From an uncultured Candidatus Saccharibacteria bacterium (GTDB taxonomy: Bacteria > Patescibacteriota > Minisyncoccia > HO2-45-28), in contig CAYPMM010000007.1 in assembly GCA_964412115.1 (NCBI GenBank), forward strand, positions 1 through 36,500: a DNA stretch of 36,500 nucleotides. The letters run 5' to 3'. Shown in pieces: positions 35,423 to 36,500 of the stretch (positions are counted from its first letter, which is position 1; each line of letters opens with the position of its first letter). Made by a program: the position numbers and the translations under genes. A model generated the notes under the pieces. It worked only from the letters and a program-made list of their open reading frames with translations, did no database searches and was not told the DNA's origin.

Positions 35423-35552
35423 GTTTATTTAGCTTCTTTATAAAAGCCTTACGACCGTCCCGCCGTTTTATCAAAAGGGCAGGGCTGGATTTATTTTTAT
35501 CAAGAGCGCCGTTGTTTGTAAAGTGGGCGCAAAGACGGGGTGTGGATAAACC

Positions 35553-36005
35553 CTACAACCTGCCCGAAGCGGTGAATGCTATGGCGATTGCGTCCAAAGC
35601 GTCGTCGTTTAAAGAATCATCCGTCTTAAAAAGGAGTTTTACCATTTTGGCCACCTGTTTTTTATCCGCTCGTCCGTATCCGCAGACGGCAAGTTTAATC
35701 TCGGGCGGGGTAAATTCGTATAAGAGCGCGTTTCCGGCAAGGTATAAAAGTATACCGCGGATTTCAGCTACGCGTGTGGCTGTTTTTTGATTCGTGTTTA
35801 TGAATAGTTTTTCCAGAGCCAAAACATCCGGTTGGTGGGCGTCCATGAGTTTCTTAAAGTGGCCGGCCGCAGACCGGAGCCGTTCTTCATACGGAGTTTC
35901 TTTTGACGTTTCAAAACACCCGGCTTCTATAAGTTTTCCCGAGTCCAAAACCGCGTACCCCATCCGGCCATATCCCGGGTCAATTCCGAGTATTTTTTTA
36001 CTCAT
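35553..36005 (-). CDS. ruvC: Holliday junction resolvase RuvC
   Basis: Start placed at MSKKILGIDPGYGRMGYAVL. The track ORF extends to 36050. C-terminal DALDAIAIA. Confidence 0.9.
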   Translation of the reverse strand: MSKKILGIDPGYGRMGYAVLDSGKLIEAGCFETSKETPYEERLRSAAGHFKKLMDAHQPDVLALEKLFINTNQKTATRVAEIRGILLYLAGNALLYEFTPPEIKLAVCGYGRADKKQVAKMVKLLFKTDDSLNDDALDAIAIAFTASGRL

Positions 36006-36043
36006 TATTTTATTTTGACACGTTGAGATCGCAAACGCATTAC

Positions 36044-36072
36044 TTGACAAAACAGATGACAGGATGTGTAAT
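36044..36072 (+). promoter_or_regulatory. Sigma70-type promoter for the right-edge gene
   Basis: TTGACA-N17-TGTAAT. Confidence 0.5.
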
Positions 36073-36247
36073 GCAACAATAGTTCTTAAAAGTTTTTACA
36101 GGCGGCCATAGCCAAAAGATCTCAAGATTTGAGGTTTTCTGGCTATGGCTGTCGTTGGGACGGCCAAAGCATGACGCCGCATTTCGCGGCCCTCTGCCTA
36201 ACAGGCGGAGGAAAAATTCCGGCTATCAGCCGGAAGGAGGAAATGTG

Positions 36248-36500
36248 ATGAAGTACGACGTGTATGTGGGCAAAGTCAGTGTCGAGGCGGTGTTCAACAG
36301 GTTGGGTGGCGAAGAGGGCGCCGAAAAACTTCTGCGGGGCGAGTTGGACCTTGTCGTCGTGGATCCGTTCCACGAAACGGGAGAGCTGACCATCCAGATT
36401 CCGGCTCTTCGGAGGCCCACTCTGGCAGAACTCCAGGCCAAGTACTCCTGGGTGCGCCAGCTTGAGCGGGACGATTCGCCGGAAGGGCTCGTGACGATTC
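36248..36500 (+). CDS. N-terminal fragment of an unknown protein running off the right edge; absent from the ORF track
   Basis: AGGAGG lies 7 nt upstream of the ATG. Translation MKYDVYVGKVSVEAVFNRLGGEEGAEKLLRGELDLVVVDPFHETGELTIQIPALRRPTLAELQAKYSWVRQLERDDSPEGLVTI... stays open to the edge. GC-rich. Confidence 0.6.
   Translation, partial: MKYDVYVGKVSVEAVFNRLGGEEGAEKLLRGELDLVVVDPFHETGELTIQIPALRRPTLAELQAKYSWVRQLERDDSPEGLVTI

Noticed and set aside
35398-35790. 130-aa plus-strand ORF
   Set aside because: It lies largely antisense to ruvC, which has clear catalytic motifs, and nothing recognisable is encoded.
1-36500. Alternative genetic code (UGA recoded, as in some small-genome lineages)
   Set aside because: TGA terminates rpmH and the wHTH gene at the expected lengths, and all conserved genes are intact under the standard code.
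1-36500. CRISPR arrays, tRNA or rRNA genes
   Set aside because: There are no regularly spaced direct repeats, and no intergenic segment has cloverleaf-like or rRNA-like features. The spacers are otherwise accounted for.

Overview
The window reads as a gene-dense, origin-proximal chromosomal region of a small-genome bacterium. Calling it Patescibacteria/CPR-like is an inference from gene content, compaction and the near absence of Shine-Dalgarno (SD) sites. The standard code applies, since TGA acts as a stop. Housekeeping genes are rpsO, an NYN-domain gene, pnp, a DksA/TraR-like gene, comM/yifB, a LysM-M23 peptidase, a UvrD/PcrA helicase, rsmA(ksgA), then jag-yidC-rnpA-rpmH diverging from dnaA-dnaN-DUF721, a class A PBP, tyrS and ruvC. 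Four things stand out. (1) 11.7-22.95 kb is an 11-gene, translationally coupled VirB4/VirB6/PrgI/VirB2-type locus with seven unassignable partner genes and no relaxase, coupling protein or VirB11 in the window. (2) 30.5-34.0 kb is an AT-rich islet bounded by 26-bp imperfect direct repeats, carrying a type II R-M pair plus a membrane protein, a CBS-pair-like protein and a TM-anchored wHTH protein. (3) Two monocistronic 56-codon small-ORF cassettes (about 4.9-5.25 kb and 8.14-8.5 kb) and both window edges are GC-richer and carry textbook promoter, SD and terminator signals that the native genes lack. The cassette ORFs, like rpmH, fall below the ORF-track size cutoff. (4) Smaller signals include two identical in-frame 23-bp perfect palindromes inside rsmA, a T16 tract inside dnaN, four perfect TTATCCACA boxes that are all intergenic, and a duplicated intergenic module. 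I recognised no rRNA, tRNA or CRISPR array.
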